A DNA stretch of 64,000 nucleotides from Batkoa obscura (Eukaryota). Under the pieces are notes generated by a model, which was not told where the DNA came from, did no database searches, and worked only from the letters and a program-made list of their open reading frames with translations. The first letter of the stretch is position 1. Each line of letters begins with the position of its first letter. The stretch lies in contig JASVEC010000010.1 in the NCBI GenBank assembly GCA_030770535.1, positions 806,001 to 870,000 on the forward strand, in the 5' to 3' direction. This document shows, one piece after another, positions 41,840 to 54,489 of this stretch. A program made the position numbers and the translations under genes.

Positions 41840-44800
41840 AATTAATGGAATGGGGGTTGGAAAACAATTAAGCAAGAAGTAAAAAATACCACTAGACTTG
41901 AAGTAAACGATATTACTTTGGTTTATGTATTATTTTAGCTCCAAATTTGACATACTAATATACATAATATCTATATGTCCAAATAAAATGACTTAATTGT
42001 AATTGGGAGAGATGATGCAGTAACGATCCTAAAATCCTAAAAAATGAACAAACATTCTAAATCTCAACATTAATAAAATCAATAATAGAAAGCAACACAA
42101 TTTTATACCAGATGATTATTGATACAAATTATATGCTTTTGTCTTAATAATAATAGAGACAGCATCATCTCTAAAAAAATTGTAAAAATTAAAATATGAA
42201 TTTAAGAAAACATAGTCTATATCTACTATATCTTTATCTCATATGTTCCCCAAGTTAGCATAAATGGAGGTATATAAATAGCTATTATTTTTAACGATAT
42301 TGGGATATATGATAATTTCAAAAACCGTATTTCAGGACTGTTATTTAGTTATCAATTTAATTTAAACTTACAACCCATTTTATTAGTTAGTTTATACTTG
42401 CATCAACCTAATTATCAAACTTCTACAGAGTACTTATTATCGAAAGAACAAAGTATAGATTATTCAGATAGTTTAATATAAGAGAGGATGCATTTTTGCG
42501 TTTAACAATTTTATTAACAATTTTTCCGCACAAATAGCGCCCTAAAAAATGGTAAAAATGGTAAAAAGCCAAAAAAAAACATCCTTTAAAAAGGTATTTG
42601 AGATTAATTTTACACTGAGGATTTTGACCAAACAAATGAAATGAAACGAATAGCTTTAAACTACCACCTTTCTTTATTGCTGACCATATAAAAATCTTAT
42701 TTTATTATTGGAATTTATGTATGAGAAAATACACATATCGCAAGATTATACTTACGCTATAGTTATAGCATAATTGATCAAATCCTTTAGTAAACAAATA
42801 ATACATGGATTGATAATCACTTTACAAATAGTACTTTAATGAAGAACAGGCAAGTAGTAAATAATGAACCATTTGGTAAATTGTTGAAACAATGAACTAA
42901 GGGATTATTAACAATGTTGTTATTAATGCGTTATGTCCTCTGTTGTTAATTTAGGAGCTTTGGTTATCAATTTAAGGAAATTTCCTAAAATAAAAAAAAC
43001 CTCATTTTATTTATACTTTCCCCTCCATTTATAAAGTTTTAGCCAATCTATTGTTTTACAACAGAAGTAGAAAAATACGTAAAACAATTATGTTTTGGTA
43101 CATCTGTAGCTTTTAGTAGAATACTCTCAGCAGAATTCATTTGAAATTGAAAGTAAATTTACACTAGGAATTTTCGTGAAAACAAATAATTTATAAAATT
43201 ATTGGTAAAGCCACAAAGCCGTATAGATTGATAAACAAAATCCACTATTTTTGGAATTATGTTGTTATAAATCTAAATTATAAACCAAACCATCCGGACT
43301 GTATTAAGCGGAATACAACGAAAGTAATACATGTTTTAATGGCCTTATAAAAGAATGGTTTTAGCCAAAGGTTGAAATTGATCATTTCAATCAAAAAACT
43401 CCCAAAAAAAATCACCAGGGGGAGAGAATATCAGGAATTCAAACGAGTTTCGGAAAAAAGCACTCAAAACAATCTTAATGTCCATTTTGTCGAATTTAGT
43501 TTCAATCTAATATAAAAGATAGAAGCATCTTTCCAAATTCAATTTATAAAATTAGAAATCATACTATACATACATGAAAGATAAAAATTAGTTAGATGTG
43601 TAACAATAATGCTTTAGATCAATAGTTTTATCAGAAACCCATTCAAAGTTATTGTTTTCAACTTTTAGTTAGTCAATAGGATCTTAAAATATTTTGTTTT
43701 GACAATCAAGATGGTTTTTATACAAACTTTGGTTTCACTAAACCTAAATCCAAAAACGTTTGTGAACCAATTTTAATTTTATGATTGATAATAGAGATGC
43801 ATTCAAATATCAAAGAAATCCCGTCATTGTTTTTTTTTGCAGATGTTTCTAAGGTTATAATTCTGTAACTTGGGGGAAATCTTTAAGTGAAGCTTTAAAA
43901 GGCTCAACTTTCCAAAAGAATTTATTGATTTATTGACTTATTAAGTTACTTTGGACAAAAAAATGGTAAAATTCAAAACTCACCTTCTATGACCAAATAT
44001 CAAAATGAATAAACTCCAACATGAGTGGGGACTGCTGGAGAACCAGGGGGATTTTCACTATCTCTATTGTTGTGGATTATTTTTATTTGACCCATTATTA
44101 ACTAAACTTGAAAGTATGGGGTTATGTACAAACTAGATTTGGTTTGTATAAACTACTTGGTAACAACTGATGATATAGTCATTAATTGGCGAAAAACAGA
44201 AGTGTGGGAATAATTTTACAAGAACTTAAAAAGATAAAAAAAAGGTACACCAGAAAACATGAATTTAATTTTCAATTTGTAAAAAGTTATTCCAAATACA
44301 TTAATATGTAACAAACATTCTAACCAAATACTATTATAGATAATTGGAATTACAAATCAATTCCAGCAAATAACGAAATGTTTAGATATCTGGGAAGCTG
44401 TTTTTTTCGAAATTAATAGCAATTTAGCATTCGAAAGAACTAACACATAAATATGCATTGTACCTAGTAGATATACAATATAGGGGGTGTTTTTTTTGGC
44501 TTTCATTACTTTTTCCATTTTTGAGTACTATTTAAGCGGAAAAATTGATAGTAAAATTCTTAAACATAATACTAACGTTATATGCCACCATAATTATCAT
44601 AAACTGGTTAAATCATTTTAGAATGTGTGAATGAAGAATTTTTTACTTGGCTCATTAAACTTCTTACATCAAAGAATTTAGTAAAATTAAATAACAGGTT
44701 TTGAGCCATAGTATTAGCCCGTAAAGTAACAATTTCTAAGCTTAATAAAAAAGTAAAAAACCATGAAAATCAAGTTTTAGAAAGAAGCTTAAATAATAAA
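41840..44800 (+). pseudogene. Decayed non-LTR retrotransposon (LINE) ORF2: reverse transcriptase, probably preceded by an APE domain
   Basis: Frameshifted motifs in the correct order: ADVSK-YNSVTW (~43840), NQGD-SLSLLLWIIF-FDPLL (~44041), TDDIV (~44166), FRYLGSC (~44381). Boundaries approximate; interrupted by MITEs near 42485 and 44483. Confidence 0.7.
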
Positions 44801-45514
44801 AGCCTTTTGCTATCATACAATTTCATTTTAAATTAATAGCATTATAAACTGGCCATGTGTTATTAATACTGAAATAACAGAGATTGTTGAAGAAACCTCC
44901 CAAGCTTTTAGCTAGAAATTAGAAATTAGAGATTAAAATAATATAATATAATATAGTTTGCAGACCTTATATTTAAAAAAGTTATGCTATAAAAAGTGCT
45001 AAAATTAAGCTTTTAGTATTTATGTTTTAAAACTTCTGGAGAAATGTACTTTTATTGTATTTTTTAAATCTTTAATAACTTTATTTTTTTCATCTTTCAT
45101 TTTATTTCTTTACACAGGAAAACCCCCCTTTTTTTTAAGATCATCCCTATTTTACTTTTACTAAAAACAAATGCTCTTGTTCTCATATAACACGATTAGT
45201 TAATCATTTATTAATAAGTTTAAAATACATCCAAAATCAGTAGTCATAAATATATCAAAATTAATCAATTATGTTAGCAATACCTTAACCTTACATCATC
45301 GTTACACGATAGCGTTTATGTGCTCTATACTACTGAACTGAAGGGTTCAATAAAAAATATTTACTTAGCTTTACAATCCTTTTTAAACATACACTACATT
45401 TGCACCACCGGATAAATATAAATTAATAAGAATTAAGATTAAAAATCGACAAACTAATGAATGCTATAGTTATGAAATTTTGGGCTATAATTTTTACTTT
45501 TTGTATATTAGTAT

Positions 45515-47045
45515 TTGATGATGTATCTCTTTTTTTATTTGAGAATTTTACTAACAGTTTTTCGACTCAAATAACACTTTAAGAAGCGGAAGAAGTAGAA
45601 ACAGGAACCAAGAAACGCCCCACAAATCATAATATGGGGGGATGTATTTTCGTGTTTAAGAATTTTACTAGCTAATTTTCCGCTTAAATAGCGCTTAAAA
45701 AATGGAAGAAATAATGAAGTTAAAAAAAACACTCCCATATAATAATTAAAACTACGTTGAGTACTTTTAGTTTTCAATAAAGAATTTTATAGAATTTTAA
45801 GCAAAATTTTTAAGATATAAAATATTAACAATTGGATAAAAAAACGAAACTAATTCAGAAATCCACATATATAGTTTAGTTTAATACAGATGCTAGCCTG
45901 ATTGCTTTATATAAATTATAGTTTGACTGTTTTAATAGTTTTATATTAAAAACCCAAATAAATCTTGTTTTTAAATATAGACTAGTAGCTATTTATGTTT
46001 TAAAAACTTTTATATAACTAAGATGAGTTTAAATTTACAGAATAAGATATAAAAAGCTATAAATTATATACAAGTAAAATAAAAATGTCATTACAGAATT
46101 TGTATAAAATATGGAGATGTATTTCTGTATTTAAGTTTTACTAGGAATTTTTCCACTCAAATAACGTTCAAAAAATGTAAAAAGTAAAAAAGCTGCTATA
46201 ATTTTTATAATATGAGGATGTTTTCTTGACTTCATTACTTTTTCTATTTTTTAAAAGCCCTATTTGAGTGGAAAAATTGCAAGTAAAATTCTTAAACAAA
46301 GAAATACATCCCCATATATCATGAAAATTAGTAGCTTTATTAAAAGTGTAAAATATGAGGGAATAATTCGACTAAGAAGCCTTTAAGTTATTGTGTTAAA
46401 AACTCTACTTCATATTTTAATCAGATTACTATATATATGGAATAATGATAACAGTTATAATATTATTGTAGTTGGTAAATACAGATATTAAAATAAGAGA
46501 ATATTTTTTGCAATTAGATGGTAAAAATTCCCACAGCAAATCAAAATGAGAGGTTTTAAGTTAATTATACGGGAGTGTTTTTTTTGACTTCATTATTTTT
46601 TCCATTTTTTAAGCACTATTTAAGCGGAAAATTTGTTAGTAAAATTCTTAAACACAAAAATACATCCCCATACTTATATACTATATAAAGAATAATTAAT
46701 TATAATACTGCAATTAGTTTTATAGACAAATTAAATGATTATGTTATAGTTAACTATAAAGCTAAAAAAGTAATACTTGATACTGATCATTAGAAAACAT
46801 TAAGCTAGTATAAAATCTGGTTTTGTTTATATTAATAAAGATAATTTAGTCAACTATAAATTATATCCATTGGACTATATCGTCTGATTTAAAAAACAGT
46901 ATAGATTTAATTGTAATATTAACATTTATAAACTATTTTAATATTGGTGATGTATTTTTGTGTTTAAGAATTTTACTAAGAGTTAGTTATTCTGCTCAAA
47001 TAGCGCTTAAAAGATGGAAAAGTAATGAAATAAAAAATACCTCCC
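45515..47045. mobile_element. Cluster of ~6 MITEs (e.g. 46571-46669, TSD ATAC) plus a Sola right-end remnant (~45750-45870)
   Basis: Repeated core TTTAAGAATTTTACTA...AAATAGCGCTTAAAA; the remnant ends GAAACTAATTCAGAAATCCAC. Confidence 0.75.
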
Positions 47046-47122
47046 ATGTTAATTTAAATATTGCTAGAATTTTAGCCAGTTTGATTAAATAAGTATCTGT
47101 TTTATAGAAAAGTTAATGATTA

Positions 47123-47559
47123 TGTGAAATATCGCTTTGTCAGCTCTATAATTGATTATAACATAACAAGGACTTAATTGTTGTGTTCTCGAATTCAGGC
47201 ACAATCAATCCCGAGCTTTTATTTTGGCTTTCTATGAAAATTCTTGTCATACAATTCTGAAAGACACTACCTCCCCACTTTAATACTCATACTTATTGAA
47301 GTATAAAGGAGATTCTTCAACATGATAACTCCAGGCTTTTTAGTTGAATTATTTCCTGATATTGTATATTGTACCTTTAACAAAGTCACTAAATCTTTCT
47401 GGTAGTATTTTACATGGATTTTACAGTAGTATTGTCTATTCTATTCGTCTTACATACTCCGTAGCCTATTGCATACTATCTATCCTTCATAACTCAACCC
47501 TATCTTAGTTACATGAACCAAGACCTTTTGAATCCAACCACTGAGTACTAGATTTCATA
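47123..47559 (+). mobile_element. Solo-LTR-like copy 3 (diverged)
   Basis: Starts TGTGAAATATCGCTTTGTCAG like 34064; ends GATTTCATA. Confidence 0.65.
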
Positions 47560-48639
47560 ATATAAAAACTATTTATCGTTAATTTATACTTAATTTTTTT
47601 GTAAATCCACATAATAATATTTATAATGTTATTTAAATAATCAAAAATCAAAAATCAAGAATTTTGTTTACATAACCTAAAGAATTAAACTGAATTTAAA
47701 AAAATTGTATTAATTACATTGATAAAAGTTTAAATAATAATAATGTTTTCAATAATTTGCTATTGTTTATCAACACTCTACCTATTTTAAAAAAATTCAA
47801 AATTTATGAGGGTTAAAACTATGCCAAATATAATTAAGTATAATTACATTACTATTAAGTGTTTTAAATTTAAATATCCAAAGCAAACCTTATTAATTAT
47901 GGTTACATAAATATAATTATTAATAAAAAATATATTTATATTATATCTAATAATAGCACTTTAAATGATTTTAAGTTGCCTTATAAAATATCTATTATCT
48001 AAACCAGATATAAACTAAACATTTTGAAAACTGCTGGTATATGTACAGTTATGCTTTAAATGCTTATTTTTTATAAAACATAGCTATTAATTATTTGGTG
48101 ATGTGTTTTGTATCTAAGGATTCTCCTAATAATTTTTCCGCCTAAATAGCGCTTAAAAGATAGAAAAAGTGATGAAGTCAAAAAAAACATTCTCATTTTA
48201 TAACTTAAGTATTTTAAAAATATCGAGTTAAATATTCCTTATTTAAACAAAGCTTATAAGTAACCTAAAATCTTAGTATTATCACTAAAATCCTATACAT
48301 TATACTGAAACCTCAAGTATTATTAAATATTGACATATTTAGTATTTAGACACTTGAAAGGTTTTGCTCATTTACTCATAATATAAATAAAATATGGGAG
48401 TGTTTTTTTTGATTTCATTATTTTCTCCATTTTTTAAGCCCTATTTAAGCGGAAAAATTCTTAGTAAAATTCTTAAACACAAAAATACATCCCCATATCA
48501 TTGTCTAATATAATTAACAATACAATAAGATATGTATATAGCATAGTAAACTTATTAACTTATTTTATGGATTTATAAAAAGAACATCGTTAAAATATTT
48601 GAAACAAATAACTAATTACTTGATTTATTAAAAATACAT

Positions 48640-51176
48640 GGGGCTGTCCTAATTGGTTTCAGAATTTACTTAGAAATTAATCCAAATTTTAAATTTTTAA
48701 ATTTGTGTCTAATGTGACGGTTAAATCTAAAAAGCCTAAAATTAAATGTCTCTGTTTAAAACTTATTTTAATTGTTTCCTTTTCTTAAATAGCTAATTTT
48801 CCTAACTATATATTTTATGTTAGTTCTGTTAGATATTTAACAGATATATAATATATAACTATATGATTATATAATTATATAAATACATTTATTTGACTTT
48901 ATTTTTTGTTGAAATAAAAATAAAATGCAAACTTTCATAACTAAACTTCCAAATGGAATTTTTGAAAACTTCAATACGATAGGGAGGAGTACACAATATA
49001 AACATTGTAATTCATTTACATCAATTTTAAGAGCTACTTATAACAACCCAAGTTTTATGGAATTTTATAATAAAACAAAACAAAGAAAAGATATATTATC
49101 AAAGTTTACTATCGATAATAATAAACTTAATCAAGTAATGTATAAAATTAGTGTTTTGAGGGAAACAGGAAATAAAAATCAGCAAGTAGCGTTATTATCA
49201 GCTATAGCTTCAGTATATTCTTTTGATGAATGTAAGAGTTTTGGGCTTAATATAAATAGAAGTCAATATGATTATTCAAAAACAAGTAATAATAATAAAA
49301 TATCAACATTAAAACCTATTATTAAAAATATAAAAAAAATTAAAGATGACCAAATTGAAACTATTATACAATATTTACTAAATGATTCAACTATTTCATC
49401 AAGATTTAATAAAAAAAATAACTATAGTAAATATTCATCAGATAACATATATATTAAATAAAAGAAGAATGATATACAGTAGATATTTTAATGATCTAAG
49501 AGATAAAGCAGTAGCTAGGTCAACGTTCTTTAAATATATACCAAGTAATTTCAAAAATCCAGCAAGAAAAACGGATCTATGTAATATATGTACCCAGTAT
49601 ACAGTTAGAAAAAAGTTATTTGAAAATAAAATAAATACAGCAAAAAACAAAGCAGAGATAGAAGAAATTTTCAACGAAGAAGAAAAGTTATACAAATTAC
49701 ATAAATTCTGTGTTGATACTCAAAAAAACACATTTAATGAAACTATCAAAAAATTAAATAACAAAAGTTGTATAATAGTTTTAGATTTTAAACAAAATAT
49801 GGAAATAGGGACAAGACCAGATTCAATAAATCTAGATCATTATAATAAACAAGCTATATCAGTATTAGGCTTTGGTGTATTATATTTAAAAGATGATAAA
49901 ACAATAGTCAAAGTTTACTTTGATTATTTATCTGAAATATTGAATCATGATTCAGCATGTGGGGATGTATTTTTTTGTCTAAGAACTTTACTAACAATCT
50001 TTCTGCTCAAATAGCGCTTAAAAAATGGAAAAAGTAATGAAACCAAAAAAAACATCCCCATATGCAGAAGATTGTCTAATCAATTTGATCTCTACAGAGC
50101 TTCTATTTAAAAAGTTTACAAAAATTAATATATGGGCAGATACAGTAAATCATTTTAGATCCCAAGAGTTCTTACATTATATGTTTAAAGAAATTCATAA
50201 AATAAATAGTAGTTTGAATGTTAATCTTAATTTTTTTGCTGAGCATCATGGAAAAAGTATAGTTGATGGACATATTGGAAACCTTTCAAAATGGAAAAGT
50301 AGTTTTGAAGCGTTAGGTAAAATAGAAGATATCGATCAATTAATTTCAAGATTTGAGGCTTTTATTTGCGAGCATAATAAAATTAATAACTCGACTGTTA
50401 ATAATGGGAAAACAGATATAATTTTTAAAAAGTATAAAAGAAACAAAAATACAAAAAGAATAATAGAGATGCAGGGCATTAAGAAGTATTTACACTTTAT
50501 TAAACATAACAATAAACTACATTGTTATCCAGTATCTGATACATCAAAAAAAAGCGATATAGTCCCAATTAAAGTTATAGAGTCTATAGAAAACAGAAAA
50601 ATTAAAAGATCGATCCCAGCTTACCTTATGAAGATAACAGAGAATTTAAAAATTTCGATATTTACTAAGCAAGTAAGTAGTTTGTTGAATGATAGAAATA
50701 GATTGTTAAATGTTAGGATTACTTAAGTTATTAATAGATAAGTTAATAAATAGTCAAAGAACAAATAACTGTAATAATATGTAAAGACTATTATTACTTG
50801 TACTATATAGGGATGGTTAATTATAGTTTTGGGGCTGACCACTCCCTCCCATACAGCTATTTATTAACTTGGCAATATATTAATAATGTAATTATAACAT
50901 TAAAGTAGTTTATTTATTTGATAATAAATATACAATGTTGGTTATAAAGCAGTTGATAATAAATATTTCTCAATTAAGCTTTATAAGAACATGTATTTAA
51001 GATCTAGTAGAAATTCAACTAACTTACAGTATGAACTATAATAGAATGATTTGGAACTGTGTCCGGATACTTTTGTTTTAATAAAAGATGTGATTTTATA
51101 GAATTTTAAGCGAAGTTTTTAAAATACAAAATATTTAAAAATTGAATAAAATAATGAAACTAATTCAGACAACCCC
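48640..51176 (+). mobile_element. Sola-like copy D: both TIRs, frameshift near 49450, same MITE insertion
   Basis: TIRs as in copy C; 2-nt and 3-nt deletions relative to A near 49445-49470; flanks ACAT/ATAT are not an exact TSD. Confidence 0.88.
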
Positions 51177-52865
51177 ATATGGTTAGGAAAATTAGCTATT
51201 TAAGAAAAGGAAACAATTAAAATAAGTTTTAAACAGAGACATTTAATTTTAGGCTTTTTAGATTTAACCGTCACATTAGACACAAATTTAAAAACTTGAA
51301 ATTTGGATTAATTTCTGAGTAGATTCTGAAACCAATTAGGACAGCCCCATGTATTTTTAATAAATCAAGTAATTAGTTATTTGTTTCAAATATTTTAACG
51401 ATGTTCTTTTTATAAATCCATAAAATAAGTTAATAAGTTTACTATGCTATATACATATCTTATTGTATTGTTAATTATATTAGACAATGATATGGGGATG
51501 TATTTTTGTGTTTAAGAATTTTACTAAGAATTTTTCCGCTTAAATAGGGCTTAAAAAATGGAGAAAATAATGAAATCAAAAAAAACACTCCCATATTTTA
51601 TTTATATTATGAGTAAATGAGCAAAACCTTTCAAGTGTCTAAATACTAAATATGTCAATATTTAATAATACTTGAGGTTTCAGTATAATGTATAGGATTT
51701 TAGTGATAATACTAAGATTTTAGGTTACTTATAAGCTTTGTTTAAATAAGGAATATTTAACTCGATATTTTTAAAATACTTAAGTTATAAAATGAGAATG
51801 TTTTTTTTGACTTCATCACTTTTTCTATCTTTTAAGCGCTATTTAGGCGGAAAAATTATTAGGAGAATCCTTAGATACAAAACACATCACCAAATAATTA
51901 ATAGCTATGTTTTATAAAAAATAAGCATTTAAAGCATAACTGTACATATACCAGCAGTTTTCAAAATGTTTAGTTTATATCTGGTTTAGATAATAGATAT
52001 TTTATAAGGCAACTTAAAATCATTTAAAGTGCTATTATTAGATATAATATAAATATATTTTTTATTAATAATTATATTTATGTAACCATAATTAATAAGG
52101 TTTGCTTTGGATATTTAAATTTAAAACACTTAATAGTAATGTAATTATACTTAATTATATTTGGCATAGTTTTAACCCTCATAAATTTTGAATTTTTTTA
52201 AAATAGGTAGAGTGTTGATAAACAATAGCAAATTATTGAAAACATTATTATTATTTAAACTTTTATCAATGTAATTAATACAATTTTTTTAAATTCAGTT
52301 TAATTCTTTAGGTTATGTAAACAAAATTCTTGATTTTTGATTTTTGATTATTTAAATAACATTATAAATATTATTATGTGGATTTACAAAAAAATTAAGT
52401 ATAAATTAACGATAAATAGTTTTTATATTATGAAATCTAGTACTCAGTGGTTGGATTCAAAAGGTCTTGGTTCATGTAACTAAGATAGGGTTGAGTTATG
52501 AAGGATAGATAGTATGCAATAGGCTACGGAGTATGTAAGACGAATAGAATAGACAATACTACTGTAAAATCCATGTAAAATACTACCAGAAAGATTTAGT
52601 GACTTTGTTAAAGGTACAATATACAATATCAGGAAATAATTCAACTAAAAAGCCTGGAGTTATCATGTTGAAGAATCTCCTTTATACTTCAATAAGTATG
52701 AGTATTAAAGTGGGGAGGTAGTGTCTTTCAGAATTGTATGACAAGAATTTTCATAGAAAGCCAAAATAAAAGCTCGGGATTGATTGTGCCTGAATTCGAG
52801 AACACAACAATTAAGTCCTTGTTATGTTATAATCAATTATAGAGCTGACAAAGTGATATTTCATA
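51177..52865 (-). repeat. Inverted duplicate of ~47123-48810: a Sola left-end fragment (51177-51348), ~1.1 kb of flank with two MITEs, and solo-LTR copy 4 (52429-52865)
   Basis: Near-perfect reverse complement of the region upstream of copy D. Confidence 0.9.
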
Positions 52866-54489
52866 TGCATAAAATATTAAAACATCAGTATAATTTTTAG
52901 TGTTTTTTATAAAATTTTTATATTTGCTTTTATTATTTAACTTTAAAAAAAGTATAGGGGGACGTATTTTTGTGTTTAAGAATTTTACTAAGAATTTTTC
53001 CGCTCAAATGTGGTTAAAAGATAGAAAAAATAATGAAGCCAAAAAAAACATCCCCATAGCTTTCTTGGCCTTTACTTTAATTTCATAAAACCAGTATGTA
53101 AAACGAACTTAATAATATTATTAGATTTATAAATAGTATATAAATAGTTTATAATATTTAATATGCTAAAATAAAGAGCTGAAATAGCAGTTCTTCCCTC
53201 TGGAGTTATAAATATAAAAATTTAATTAACTAGAATTTAGAACTATTTTAGATTTAAAAAAAATCAATTTTTTTAACAAATTAAGAGTATTAAAGAAACT
53301 TTTTCCTAATTAATAATGATAATAATTTGTTTTTTTAAATTACTAAAAAATCTACTTATTATAAGTAGTCAGGTTTTATTTTAATATACATATTTTATCC
53401 TTATTATCAAAAATAAGAATAAAAATAACCTGATATAAAGTAAATAATTGTTGAAGTTTTCATATATTTTATAACTGATGGGATTATTAAGCTTTTATTT
53501 GAATTTAATAAACTGATTAAAAATGATTTTTTAAAATAATAGTTATTAAAATAAAAATATAAGGATATTTTTTTTGGGTTCATCACTTTTTCCATTTTTT
53601 AAGTACTATTTGAGTGGAAAAAATTAATCAAAATTTTAAACTTAAAGGTATATCCTTTTATATGGTAATTTATATTAAAATCAATCAAATTGTTATTACT
53701 ACTGTTTTAGTATTGTTCAAAAGCAAAAACATTACTATCAAAAGCATATATAGGAGTAGCATTAAAATGTATATTTTTTATAATAAACTTTGGCATTTCA
53801 GCTTGATTTAAAGTTTTAATATGGGGATGTATTTTTTTAAGAATTTTACTAACAATATTTTTGCTCAAATAGCGCTTAAAAAATAAAAGAAGTGATGAAA
53901 CCAAAAAAATCACACTATATCTAATTTAATTAAATAACAAGGTTATTATTATTATTATCACTTATATTATATTTAAAATTAGCCAGTTATCAATAAATAA
54001 TGTTTAAGCAGGTGTCAAATGTTTTTAAGATAAAGAACAAAGATATTGTTTTTTACAAAAAATAAGTAATAGCGTTAAAATGTATTTTTATTTCTAGTTA
54101 TATTTTTCATTTTTTGTATATATTAATATAAAGGTATTTTTTTAATTTCATACTTCCATTTTTTAAACACTATTTAAATGGAAAGGTTATCAGTAGAATT
54201 CTTAAAAAATACCTCCCTATACAATAATAACAAAATAATACTAATTTTATATTTTATTATAATTTTTGATATTATTTATAAATAAATCCATATCATTTTA
54301 GAAAATAAACAATATTTTATTAAAGTTATCATAGTAGTAGTAGTCACGAATAAACAGGTCGTGTTCTTAATTTACTATTAAGTTTGAGTGGCTTAAACTG
54401 ACAAATCAAAATAACTCCTAAATTATTAAAAATGCCCCATAAAATTAATAAGGTTTGCTTTTCTTCTAAAAAATAGCAGTAATAGTTAA

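Noticed and set aside
45515..48494. Recurrent repeats resembling a CRISPR array
   Set aside because: Units are ~99 bp, in both orientations, irregularly spaced and flanked by TSDs; eukaryotic context with no cas genes.
50831..50850. Internal GGGGCTGACCACTCCC motif resembling TIR/MITE termini
   Set aside because: Too short to support a claim, and no derivative element starting here was seen.
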